Below are positions 27,435 to 39,900 of a stretch of DNA of 64,000 bases, one piece after another. Within the stretch, counting starts at the first letter, position 1. The number at the start of each line of letters is the position of its first letter. The translations under genes were made by a program, and so were the position numbers. The notes under the pieces were generated by a model. The model was not told where the DNA came from. It saw only the letters and a list, made by a program, of their open reading frames with translations, and did no database searches. Origin of the DNA: Octopus bimaculoides (Eukaryota); NCBI RefSeq assembly GCF_001194135.2, contig NC_068983.1, forward strand, positions 85,554,025 to 85,618,024. The letters run 5' to 3'.

Positions 27435-27549
27435 GTGCATAGCACCTATGGCAAGTGTCTTCTACTATACAGCCTCAAGCCACCAAAGCTTTGTGAGTGG
27501 ATCTGGTAGATAGAAACTGAAAGAAGCCCATCATGTGTGTGTGTGTGTG

Positions 27550-27591
<42 letters not shown>

Positions 27592-28005
27592 TGCGTGAGT
27601 GTGTGTGTGTGTGTGTGTGTGTGTACACGTGTGTATATATATATATATGTGTAATCATCATCATCATTGTTTAACGTCCGCTTTCCATGCTAGCATGGGT
27701 TAGACGATTTGACTGAGGACTGGTGAACCAGATGGCTACACCAGGCTCCAATCTGATTTGGCAGAGTTTCTACATATCTGTATATCTATATGCGAGTGTT
27801 TTTATGTCTGTTTGTTCCCTACCACTGCTTGATAACCAGTGTTGGCATGTTTATGTCACCCATACTTTAGTAGTTTGGTGAAAAGAGACCGACAGAATAA
27901 GTGGAAAGCTTTAAAAAAGAAATAAGCCCTGGAATTGATTTGTTCAGCTAAAACCCTTCATGCCCACAGTCAAATGACTGAAACAAGTAAAAGATAAAAA
28001 GATAG
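27435..28005 (+). mobile_element. SINE family A copy with inverted RTE-tail insertion (27655-27775)
   Basis: catcatcattgtttaacgtccgctttccatgctagcatggg...ggcagagtttctac embedded in the SINE's (GT)n/(AT)n middle. Confidence 0.85.
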
Positions 28006-28139
28006 AACTACACAGCATGAACCAAACCTCTTTAACATTAGATCCATGTGTGTACCCACAATATTTAGATTACCACCACAATTTCTCTCTCCCAGTCTGT
28101 TTTTTGTTAAGGAGGCTGGCTACTACACATGACCTTTGA

Positions 28140-28330
28140 ACACAAATACAAGTCTAAATAAAATCCAGAAGGGTGTATAGTGTACAAACAAAACCAAGGT
28201 TATAATCAATGATAGAATAAACATGAGTAAGACTAAAGTCTTAATCAGCAACAGAGTAAACATGAATGAGATTAAAGCCATCATCAGTGATAGACTATGC
28301 ATGAATGAGATTAAAATCAACAGTGATATA
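28140..28330 (+). mobile_element. RTE reverse-transcriptase fragment amplified as 39-bp tandem repeats
   Basis: Units start at 28214, 28253 and 28292; translation NKTKVIIND-RINMSKTKVLISN-RVNMNEIKAIISD-RLCMNEIKINSD, compare the RTE RT motif GLRVN..KTKVL.S. Confidence 0.6.
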
Positions 28331-28869
28331 TATTTTCTTTCCTTTTAAGAACATGTGCAGGAGTAGCTGTGTGGTAAGAAGTTTGCTTCTCAACAACATG
28401 GTTCCATGTTCAGGCTCATTGCATGGCACCTTGGGCATGTGTCTTTTACTAAAGCAATGGGCTGACCAAAGCTTTGTGAGCAGATTTGGTAAACGGGAAC
28501 TGAAAGAAGCCTGTTGTGCATGCATATATAAATTCGTATACACACACACACACACGCAAAATAATTATTGGGGTACTTTTGTTCAACAAAAACCCCTTCA
28601 AGGCAGTGCCCAGCATCACTGCACCACAATGACTGGAACAGGTAAACAATAGATAAATCATTATAATTCACTCAACTATATTGCATATGCAAGAATGCCA
28701 ACCATGCACAGATTACTCTGCTCAACAAGACAAATCAATGCAAGACCCTCTACATAGTTGCTTGACCTGCTAGAAACAACAGCCATTAATAGTAGTTCTT
28801 CATTCAACATGGTTCCCCAGCCTGTAAGAATAATGAGATGCAACACCTAATTTATTCATTATCATCTTG

Positions 28870-29230
28870 TGACTGGGGCAACCAATCAGTGATATTATTC
28901 CAGATCCAGGATTTTCTTGTCTGTCTCTTCTTTGCCTTCCTTCAACAGTCCTGAGGAGAATGATTTTGGACAGGGAGTGCCACAGTGAAATGCCAGAGCT
29001 TATGTCATGCATCTTTGTACTACATATGCTTTTGGCATTTCACTGTAGCAAGGAGTGACTTTTTGTCTTACAAAATTGTTTGCCTTATGCTCTGTGTATA
29101 AAGATGCCTTCAATAACAGTTGCATTTGAACATCTCTATTCATTGTTTTTTTATCAGCTATGAATGTCCAATTTTTACATCCAAACAATAAAACTGAAGT
29201 CATTTTCATCTGAATGGACTGAAGTAACAT
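28870..29230 (-). mobile_element. Decayed RTE (BovB-like) LINE C-terminal region
   Basis: VLLFGCKNWTFIAD...SLYTEHKANNFVRQKV and HSLSKIILLRTVEGRQRRDRQ match LLYGCETWT...SY.EHKTN.FV and SLSK.ILQGT.EG.RRRGRQ. Confidence 0.8.
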
Positions 29231-29924
29231 GAAATAAAGGGTCTTGTCCAAGGACACAATGTACAAACCACTCCAGTAACTGAATCCACGACCTTACAAT
29301 AAATTGAGTTGAACAGCTAAACCACTAGGCTATGAACATTCACTAAATAAACAAATAAACAAACAGTGAATAAATAAAATATAATGATACATATAATGTT
29401 TACATAACACTTTTCTAACAATACACAAGAGCAGTCCAGTAGAAATGCTTTCCTAGACAAGCGTTATGCTACTTTCGTTTGCTAGCATGGAGTGTTGAGA
29501 GATTCTCAAGTGAAACCTGTTCCTCTCAATAGCAACTCAACAACAAATATTAGGGTTAAGTGGTTATAAAAAAAATTACATTGTGCATGTATGATCTTGT
29601 GCATTATTATTATTATCATCATCATAAAAACATTATGTCATTAGTTTGTAACTATGCTGTTTTCTGGGTTATTTAAAAATTATTTTAAAAATAGGTCAAT
29701 TTTACTAGTTCATCATTAGCAAGACTGGTGAGTTTACAGTGAGATAAGCCTTGAGACAAGCATAGTGGTATTTTGTTACTCAGGACATAAAAGAATTCTA
29801 AAAAGTAACTCTGAGATTTCCTATGAAGTTAACCAATATTTTACAGAAATTTAAGAAGAATTTTGACACAATCCATTATAGAACGAGAAAATTTACTTTT
29901 AGCAACATCACTTCGCAAAAGCAC

Positions 29925-30365
29925 ATGCAAAAATACACTCTCACACAGATAAAACATACTTACACACACACATACACTGTACACAAAAAAACATGCTCGC
30001 ATACACACAAACAGAAAAAATTTCCACATAAAAACATGCTTACACACAACCTGCACTCACCAAGACAACACACGTTCACACACAACCAGCACTACACCAA
30101 AATAACCCACGTTCACACACAAACTGCGCTCACCAAAACAAACCATGCTCAAAGCATGCTCACACACATGCTTTTACACACAAACAAACTCTCACCAAAA
30201 CTGTTACTCAAACGCACAAAAATATGCTCATATCAATATACACACAAGAACACAGTCTTACCCACATATATGTGCACACATATATGTGTGTGGGTGAGAT
30301 TATACAAAAAACATACCCCCTCACACACACAAAAATCACATGCACAATTCACACCAAAATATACA
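29925..30365. repeat. Degenerate CA-rich low-complexity tract
   Basis: Direct reading; explains the 231-aa H/T/K-rich ORF. Confidence 0.85.
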
Positions 30366-30714
30366 TACAGTCGTTGGGAAACGTTGCACGTGTCACCATG
30401 TTTGTTTTGTCTTGTTCTAATCTGTTGTTGTTGCTGTTTTCGTGGCTCATATAACTATTTGGTTTCCAGTGTGAAAAATGAGAGGATAGGATACAGGAAA
30501 CAGAACACAAGGAAGTAAAAGAAAATGACACATCAAAACATGAAGTGTTGCCAACCAAAAATATATGCTAAAATACACACATCTTTGAGAGATAATGTTC
30601 CAAAACAAGTATGTACAACCTGCAGCACAAGCACCTCTTTATGACATTTACCATGGCATATGTAATGTCACAGTTATATAAACAGAAAATTTTAGTTGAA
30701 ATGTATTATAGGCA

Positions 30715-31160
30715 AAGGCGTGGTCGTGTGGAAAGAAGTTTGCTTCCAAATCATATAGTACCAGGTTCACTCCCACTGCATGGCACCATCAGCAGGTGTC
30801 TTCTACTATATAGCCTCGAGCTGACTAAAACCTTGTGAGTGGATTTGGTAGACGGAAACTGGAAAAAGCCTGTTGTGTGCGTGTGTGTGTGTGTGTGTAA
30901 CTAGAAAAAGCCTGTTATAAGTGTGTGTGCATATGCGTGTGTCTGTCTATCTGTCTTTGTCCCCTACCATCACTTTACAACCAGTGTTGGTGTGTTTACA
31001 TCCCTGAAACTTAGTGGTTCAGTAAAAGAGAACAACAGAATAAGTACCAGGCTTACCAAAAGAAAAATTAGGTACCAGGGTCGACTCCTTCAACTAAAAA
31101 TTCTTCAAAGCAATGCCCCAGCATGGCCACAAGCTTAATGGCTGAAACAAGTAAAAGATA
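30715..31160 (+). mobile_element. SINE family A copy
   Basis: Head ggcgtggtcgtgtggaaagaagtttgcttcc; tail cccagcatggcc...gaaacaagtaaaagata. Confidence 0.85.
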
Positions 31161-32589
31161 ATCTGCAGGTTCAGCTAATAGATTTTAATGCTTTGCTTAG
31201 GTGCCCATGTGGCTGTGTGATGAAGAATTTCACTTCCCCAACATTTCGGGTTCTGTCCCATTGTGTAGCACCCCTTAGGAAAGCGTCTTCTATTGGAGCC
31301 TCATACGAGAATTCGGTAAACAGAAATTGAAAGAAGCCTATCACATTTGACACCACAAAATAGTTAAAAAATGTCGCAATCACACAAGTAAAATTCCTCA
31401 TTTCCAGTCTTTCCAGTAAACATGTCTGCTCTGGTCAATACCTAAGAGACAAACTCATTGTCTGATTGCCTTTGAGAATATTTTGCTGGGTCTTCAGCAA
31501 AAACAGCCATTCCAGGATACCAACCAATTAAATGTAGGCTTAACATAATATATAATGAAGAATCCAGCACCAATGACACAGTTATTTGTAATAGTACAAG
31601 TACAAGTTACTAAGTATTTTCTGGTGCGAATGTTATCTCAAGATAAGTTACTAGTTTAAATGTGTAGAAATAATGCTTATTTATACACATTGTCTTGAAT
31701 TAATCATGCATTATCTCATAGCCTTGAGATTACAATGACGTGATTGTTTACTTTTAGAATGACATTGTAGTGTGGGTGCAAGAAGCAGGATCTGGTCAGT
31801 ATATACATACAACGGGTAGAAGATTTGGGCTGGATATGGCCAGTTTAAATGCTAAAAGGTTAAGTGTTATTCAAATAACAGTTACTAGTTTAAATGTTAT
31901 CCCCAACAAAACAGTTACTAATGATTGTTGATCATGTTGCAAACAATTCACTCAAAGGGGGAATGGAGATAGTATCTTTCCCCTCTTTTACTATATACCA
32001 GATATAGCAAAAATACATATAGTTTAAAACCAATTCTAAATTAACTAAACACAGATCTGGAACATTATAGCATCAATGCACATATTATACACACAGATAT
32101 ACATATAATAATATGTATATTCAATGTATATTTATCAATATTTACAACATATATCTATATCTATATTTATATATACACACATATCTATGTACAAGCTTAT
32201 CACTTACAGCAGCGATGCATATAGCTACATCAAATCAAGAATGCTGACCAAAAAAAATTTTCTTTTTCTTTTTTTTAATTTTTGTTTTTGCATAAATCTA
32301 AACGATAGTCTTGTCAATGCTCCAAGAGAGGATATATTATTGTCTGATAAGAACACTAAGTGCAAGTCAATATCTGATAGACTGCAGCTGCCGCTGCTGA
32401 TGCTGATATGAAATGCTGAACCAAATAAAAACAGAAAGATAACCCAATAGTCAGCATTTTCTAATTAACTTTAGTATTTTGATGTTAATCCTTCACATAC
32501 CTATGAGTATATGTTTTTGTAGGATTTGAAAACCATCAGAATAGGTTGTCATATCTACTACACATAAACAAGTTCAATTGTCTACTTTA

Positions 32590-32720
32590 TCTACTGCTGG
32601 CCAGTCATGATCTCTCTATTGCTTGTCTTGTTTTCAGGTATCCTCCTTTGGCATGTGCGCACAGACACTTCTCCAGTGTTCACCACTTCATCTCGTGATG
32701 GCATAACAGTCCTTACCATT
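32590..32720 (-). mobile_element. Short RTE-like LINE relic
   Basis: RTCQRRIPENKTSNREIMTGQQ resembles CLRRIL.I.W..K.SN.EL...TGQ. Confidence 0.4.
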
Positions 32721-33138
32721 TGTTTTTACTGTTTTGTTTTTTTTTTGTTTTTTTTTGTTACCACTTTAACCCTCCGCAAATCGCAAATTTTTTTAATTTG
32801 CTTTGCGGGAATGACTGTTTTAATGAAGTCGCATCTTGTCCCAACGTTTGAAACACAGAGTAGGTAAAACAGGGGACAACTGATGAAGGGATTGTTTTTT
32901 GCGTTTCCAGGCTCAGTCCCACCGTATGGCACCTTGAGCAAGAATCTTCTAGAATTCAACACTGGATTGACCAAAGCCTTGATAGATAGACGAAAACAGA
33001 AAGAAGCCTCTGTGTGTGTGTGTGTGTGTGTGTGTGTCATCACTGCTTAGCAACTGGTGTTGGTTTATTTTCATTCCTATAACTTAGTAGTTCAATAAAA
33101 AGAGATTGATAGAATAACTACCAGGTTTAAAAATAAGA

Positions 33139-33536
33139 ACTCTTTTTTTACTCTTTTACTGGTTTCAGTCATTTGACTGTGGCCATGCTAGAGCACCGCC
33201 TTTAGTCGAGCAAATCGACCCCAGGACTTATTCTTTGTAAGCCTAGTACTTATTCTATCAGTCGCTTTTGCTGAACCACTAAGTTACGTGGACGTAAACA
33301 CACCACTATCAGTTGTCAAGCGATGTTGGGGGGACAAACACAAACATATACATACACATACATATATATATATATATATGATGGGCTTCTTTCAGTTTCC
33401 GTCTACCAAATCCACACACAAGGCTTTGGTCAGTCCAAGGCTATAGTAGAAGACGCTTGCCCAAGGTGCCACGCAGTGGGACTGAACCCGGAACCATGTG
33501 GTTGGTAAGCAAGCTACTTACCACACAGCCACTCCT
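33139..33536 (-). mobile_element. Young SINE family A copy inserted in opposite orientation inside an older + copy (32895-33610)
   Basis: Near-identical reverse complement of 45122-45487; the older copy's 3' half resumes at 33537 (ggaggttaatttg...ggcagtgccccagg). Confidence 0.9.
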
Positions 33537-33619
33537 GGAGGTTAATTTGTTAAACTTTTCAAGGCAGTGCCCCAGGATGGCTGCAGTTCAGTAACTGAAG
33601 CAAGTAGAAGATAAAATAT

Positions 33620-34062
33620 TAATCTCCTGTTAGATTTCTCTTAAAATACACGACCTTTATTTTTCAATAACATTTGAGAAACATAAGCATTTAGTAATAT
33701 GCCTTTTTCAATATTATAATGGTGTTTAGAACTTATATTAACATGAAATTTCAATGGACAGTTTTAATTTAGATCACTCCTTTTAGTATTTAAACCATAT
33801 CCAGCTCAAATGTTCTACTGCTTTATGTTCAAACTAGCCAGATCAGGCCTCTCACACCTATCCTATAATGTCATTCTAAAATTAAACACTTGCATCATTG
33901 AAATCGTGAAGCTACAAAGTAGTGCATGATTAATTCAAAACAACGTGAAGTAAATAAGCAATACATTTGACAGAGTAACCTGAATATTGAAGAGTTAAAC
34001 AGGAACATTGTATCATGCCACCAGGAACTCTTCTCAGATGAGTTGGTGCCAAAGGGGTTAAA
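33620..34062. mobile_element. TTAA MITE family 2 interrupted by MITE family 1 (33779-33998)
   Basis: The two halves align to the reverse complement of the uninterrupted copy at 62029-62233. Confidence 0.7.
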
Positions 34063-34723
34063 TCAGTGTCAAAATCAGTTAGTAAGCAACTACATAAGAG
34101 GTAGAGGTCAGCGACCTAACAAACCTATTAAAGCTAGAGAGAAGAGAAAGACTGCAATGCAGAAAGCTTTTACAATGACTTTCATGTATCCAACTACTCC
34201 TGATACACACTAATGACCAACACTTAAATCCCTACTTAATTCTTTAATCATTTGCAACAAGTAACTGGAAACTGTTTGTGTATATGTGTGCATTACATAT
34301 ATATATGTGTGCATTACATATATATATGTGCCTGTGCAAAACATATGTATGTACATGTCATTGTTCAGTTTTATTTCAAGATTTCTTGCCAATAGAGAGA
34401 GACAGTTTCTAACCTAGATCCAAGACGCCTTCATTGGAATTTCAACATCAACATGTGTGTGTGTGTGTGTGTGTGTGTAGGTAGGGGTGAATGGCTAGGG
34501 ATATTGGATCCAGGCTGGTGTTGTTCAAGTGCTCTAGTATAATCCTTAGTTCTGGTTAACCATGTCAAATGATATGGTTTGTTTACATCCCTGTGACTTA
34601 GTTCAGCAAAAGGATAACGAGATATCCATGCAGCAGAAGCATATGTCTGACAGAGGTCTAAAGAGAATATACTGTATACAAGACTGTATAGATATATAAT
34701 TCTCTATTTTTATGTTAATGTGT

Positions 34724-34759
<36 letters not shown>

Positions 34760-35599
34760 AGTGCACACATCTCTAAACACACTGTTGCAGATAAAAGTAG
34801 TGGATATTTTGCACAAGTATCCAGTTGTAAATGTTGATAAAGATACATATTATTATTAAATGATGAGATAAAAAAAAAAGGTTAACTGAAATGTGTTGTA
34901 GCATTATTATGATGATTAACTGAAATACATGCTCATTGAAGAGAGAGAGGGGGGGGGGAGACATCTCTACAATTATTCACCAGCTGCTTCTCTTTCAGAT
35001 CCCTCAAGAGAATCAATTAATCAGTAAAACAAATTTCCTGAATTTATGTAAACTATGAAAATAATGACTGATTGCATAACCAGAGTTTTCTTTAATCTTT
35101 CACTTATTACAGTCACTGAACTGCAGTACTGCCTCAAAGGATTTTAGTCAAAGAAATCAAGTCCCAGTACTTATTTGTTAAGTCTGGTATTATTCAATCA
35201 GTATCCTTTACTAAACCACTAAGTTTTGAAGGTGAAAACAAACCAGCACTGGTTGTCAAATATGAGAGGAGGGAGCACAAACACACAAACATGTATGACA
35301 GCTTCCACGGTTTCCATCCACTAAATTCACCCACAAAGCAGTGGCCAGCCCTGGACTATAGTAAAAAGAAAGAAAGGAAAACACTTGCCCAAAGTGTCAT
35401 GCTACGAGACTGAACCTGAAACCACAAGATTGAAAAGCAAGCTTTTTAACCACAAAGCCACACTTGTGCTATTAAGTATGAAACCAAAAAATCTTTATAC
35501 TCAGTGGGGGTGAAGATCATCATAGGAACTATACTGAAATCTAGAATGGACATTCAGTATGTACATGTATATATACATATGGCACATAAAAAGCACCAA

Positions 35600-35822
35600 C
35601 TGATTGTGGCCGTTGCAAGCCTCCTGGCCCTCGTGCCGGTGGCATGTAAAAAGCACCCACTACACTCATGGAGTGGTTGGCGTTAGGAAGGGCATCCAGC
35701 TGTAGAAATACTGCCAGATCAGACTGGAGCCTGGTGCAGCCTCCTGGCCTCCCAGACTCCAGTCAAACCATCCAACCCATGCTAGCATGGAAAACGAACT
35801 TTAAACGATGATGATGATGATA
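35600..35822 (+). mobile_element. RTE-type 3' tail repeat with (GAT)n end
   Basis: gtggcatgtaaaaagcacccactacactc..gagtggttggcgttaggaagggcatccagctg...aacccatgctagcatggaaaacg..aaacgatgatgatgat. Confidence 0.85.
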
Positions 35823-36430
35823 TATCAGTCCATATACTATCACAACACATGAAACAACACTCATAAATAGACCAGCAATAAAGAATCTGTGATGTTAAAA
35901 CCAGCTGTCCTGAACGAACATCACTGATAAATCCTACAAACACAAAATGAGAACCTATAAATCCATGAAACTAATGTAATGAATTGTATCATTAATAAGA
36001 TAATGGTAATATACTAATTATACCAGAGAATTAGAACTTACTGGGAGACCAAACTACTAAGCCTAAAAACCTTCACAACAGATAGCAAAAAAAAATATAT
36101 TAAAACAACCATACATTTAGTCAAAGTATAAAAATGTTCAGATAAAAAAAAATGATGAAAAAAAAAAGGGGGGGGGGATTAGAGAGGATTTGCTTCACAA
36201 GAGTTTTAAATTATAATGAGATGGGGAAAACAGGAAAAAAAAACAGACATTACACCTATTAATGAGAGTATTTTCATGCAATTGTTTGAGTATTGAAAGA
36301 AGTGGGTGTTTAATTAGATGAAGAGGATCACATAATTCTCTGATAATAACTAAAATGTCTCTTAATAAAATAATTTGTATTCAGAAATACACATATACCT
36401 AGTTTTTAGCTTTACTATTATCTAATAAAT

Positions 36431-36500
36431 TATAACCTATTTTATTTTATTTCTTCAATTTTATTTATAACCTATTTTATTTTATTTCTTCAATTTTATT
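36431..36500. repeat. Perfect 35-bp tandem duplication
   Basis: tataacctattttattttatttcttcaattttatt x2. Confidence 0.9.
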
Positions 36501-37049
36501 TATATCTTTCAATTTTTGTTGTTGTTGCTGTTGTTTAGTCCCAGGTCATCACTGATTGAATAGATCTCAATATTCAATATGAATTTCCTACATTTAAATA
36601 GTAGAGTATGAATATAGGAGACACTTGGCTGCTATTTCTAACAGGACAAGCAACTGCATTAGAGGTTCACTCAGCTTGTTTTGTGTCACAAACTAGTACA
36701 GTTTAGAAAGTATTAACATTTGTGTAGAAGCAAACAGAGCACACAAACATGTATGAACAGACAAACAAACACACTTTTTCTCGAAGGAAAGGCATAACAA
36801 AAACAGATCTCATTAAATGTATTCTAATATTGAAAATGTTATCTATGAACTGTCAACATTAATATCATGAATGTAATATGTCCATCCCAGATTTCAGAAT
36901 GTTTATACCCTCCTTATCATCATGTAGTCAACTCATACAATAAGAGCTAGCAAATACTTGAGACAGTTACTTGAACCTGCTAGAAAAAGCAACCAAATCT
37001 CCTTCAAACTACACTCTACCATCTTAAATAAGGAAACAAAACATTAGCT

Positions 37050-37800
37050 CACAGTTCTGCATACATCTGTAGCAATACTTGGACACCTCATCAATGTCAT
37101 ATCCTGAATCACTCGATATTTCAGATCTTGCAGCATATACCCTTATCCAGGTGATCTGACTTAGGCTGATCCAGCCTAGGTCTGCCTCCAAGCCTAGGTC
37201 TGCCTCCAAGCCTAGGTCTGCCTCCAAGCCTAGGCCTGTATAGAACCCCCACTACGACCACATGTTTTCAGCTAGATGCATTTTTTAGCAGTCTCCACAT
37301 TGTTCTTGGTGGCTCTTCTGTTGCCTGTTCCTGCAACGTCCAGAGCTCCATAGGCCTAAGTCAGGGATCAACCTGCAAAACCTCATGCCCAACCCCATGG
37401 CAAAACCTAAACTTCCATCCATTTTTGTGACAGTCCTCTACCAAATTCCTAGTACTTAGCTCTATTCTTTCTTAGCCTCCTCCATCTTCTCCTTCCAGAG
37501 AACAGATAACTCCAATAGGATTGGCTACCTTGTTATCTCAGAAACCAAGTGGTTATCTGATCTCAAGGTCTGAATGATATGTGATGGAAATTTTAGCTGA
37601 TTTCTCCACATCAATTTCCATCACTTAGTCTTGTGTTGAGGAAAGTGAATCATTATAACTGTGCTTAAGTTAATTTTTGTTTTCTTTGGCCTCTCTCCCT
37701 CTTTAACAAAAGGCTGCTTCTCTAGCAGCAGAGTGGATATTTCTGCTATCACTGATCTCCTTGCTGACTGCTCAGCAACGATCTTGAGGATTTGATTATG
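37050..37800 (-). mobile_element. Decayed REL-endonuclease non-LTR retrotransposon (HERO/NeSL-like) C-terminus plus 3' UTR
   Basis: FVKEGERP...WKLMWRNQLKFPSHIIQTLRSDNHLVSEITR*PILLELSVLWKEKMEEA..AKY..LVEDCHKNGW..GFAG*SL..AYGALDVAG..RRATKNNVETA matches the family pattern QLKFP.HI..T.LRPD..LELTVPWEE.MEEA.ERK..KY..LV.EC...GW..RGF.G. Confidence 0.8.
37173..37234. repeat. 18-bp tandem repeat x3.4
   Basis: agcctaggtctgcctcca at 37173, 37191 and 37209, plus agcctagg. Confidence 0.95.
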
Positions 37801-38708
37801 TAAAGTTACATACATTACCTTCTGACACACTTGAAGATTTGATCATGTAAAGTTATGTACAGTACCCACTGACACTGTTGGAAGCAATAAAGTTTAAACT
37901 CATGACCTTCTAGTTTGGTTTGAAGTTCAACATTATGAGTTCAAACTGTACTTTATCAATTGCATTTTTACATTCTTTACAATATTTTAATTTTTTTTAC
38001 ATTACTCAAAGAAGGAAGGACAGTGACCATGACCTTTGTAAACCTTCCCAAACTGGTGAAATTGATGCATCCAATATCCAACTTGAACTTATGCAGTAAA
38101 AGTATCGAGAGCAAAAAAAGAACCAGGTGTGTAGTTCAAATGGTTGCAACGAAGGGTGATTGAAATTAGAAGCTTCTTTTTGACATTTGTAATGTGTCAG
38201 TGTTTTGAAGAATATACCAATAGTTAAAAATGTAGGTAATATATCTTCTCAAAATACATTACCTTCAATATAAATTTCATAAACATTGTTAATCATCATT
38301 TTAGCATCCACTTTTCCATGCTGGCACAGATCAGACAAAATTCTCTGAGGTAAATTTTCTATAGCCAAATGATCTTTCTGTTGCTAACACTCCACTATAG
38401 TCTTTTAAACGTGCAAACAAGCACAAAAGCCAGGAATGTTTTCACAGAAGATTGCAAATGAATGATACCACATGCAAAACAAAAAGACATACATGCATGC
38501 ACACACACCGTCATCATCATCATCCATATTTCCATGCTAGCACGGGTTCGATAGTTTGACTGGAGCTGGTAAGCTGCACTGGGCTCTGGTTTGTTTCGGC
38601 TTGATTTCTACAGCTCAATGCCCTTCCCAATGCCAACCAACCCACAGAGTATACTGGCTGTCTTTTGCATGTCACCAGCACTGGCCATGGCTACAATTTC
38701 ACTTTGCT

Positions 38709-38739
<31 letters not shown>

Positions 38740-39516
38740 GGGCTTCTTTTACTTTCTATCTTCCTAATCCACTCACAAGACACTGGTCAGCCTTTGCTAA
38801 GACAATGCTTGCCAAAGGTGCATTGCAATAGGACTAAACTCAAAACCATGTGGTAACAAAGCAGACTTCTTAACCACATAGCCATGCTTGTGCCTGTTAA
38901 ATATTAGAATTGTTATATTTTTAACAAAGTATGCAGATTTCATAATGGTATGGGATAAAGACATGAGGCTTAATAATGAAATTAGCGTTAATACTGGTAT
39001 AAATAGATGTAATTACATTCAAGTTAAAAGGTTCAGTGATATAATAGAAGCTGCCAATTATAGGGGAGGGGGACAGTCTTTTACATATGTTTTTTATTCA
39101 TAACTTACTGTGATGTATTATCTTGCTGACGTTGTTATTGGTAATGAAGTATCTGATTTGCTGGCCATGCTTGTAGTCTGCCTGACTGCTGAGCCTCAGA
39201 ATCTCTCATGTTATTGACAAACTGGAGCCAAATATCTCTTTGACCAAAAACTTTACTTGCTAGGAATGACTTGGAGTGCTTTGTTTTGTTTAGATGGTCA
39301 TCTTAGTTATTTCGAAGGTTCTGTCATGCAAAAGACGCAGATTAAACTTTGTAGGCTTGAGGAGAGCTTAGGAACAAAAAGTGGGTGTCGAGTAGAATTT
39401 AATTTTGTAAAAGATTGTCATAACAATCATTTGTTAGGTTGTTATGCTACGGTACAGCTTAACAACCATTTGTTTTGCTTTGGTAACAGTTTGTTGCTGA
39501 TACATTCACTAAGTGC

Positions 39517-39675
39517 AGGCATGGTTGTGTGGCAAGAAGCTTGCTTCTCAACCACATGGTTCTGGGTTCAGTCCCACTGGGTGGTACCTTGGGCAAGTGT
39601 CTTCTACTATAACCTCAGGCTGAGCAAAGCTTTGCAAGTAAATTTGCTAGACAGAAACTGAAAGAAGCCCATCGC

Positions 39676-39719
<44 letters not shown>

Positions 39720-39900
39720 CCACCACCTATTGACAACTGGTATTGGTATGTTTATGTCCCTGTAACTTAGCAGTTTGGCAAGAGAAACCAATAGAATAAG
39801 AACCAGGCTTTGGTGGGGGGGGAGTCTGGGGTTGATGTGTTTGACTAAAGCCCTTCAGAGCAGTGCCCCAGCCTGGCCACAATCAAATGACAAGAAAAGA
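39517..39900 (+). mobile_element. SINE family A copy
   Basis: Head gcaggcatggttgtgtggcaagaagcttgc; tail cagtgccccagcctggccac. Confidence 0.85.

Noticed and set aside
29823-30518. 231-aa ORF
   Set aside because: CA-rich degenerate microsatellite lacking stops in one frame; H/T/K/Q composition.
37960-38250. About 83-codon stop-free minus frame and overlapping ORFs
   Set aside because: No convincing splice pair or recognisable motif.
39120-39510. Possible decayed retroelement (Penelope-like?) and 134-aa ORF 39257-39661
   Set aside because: No diagnostic motif could be read; the ORF's second half is a SINE head.
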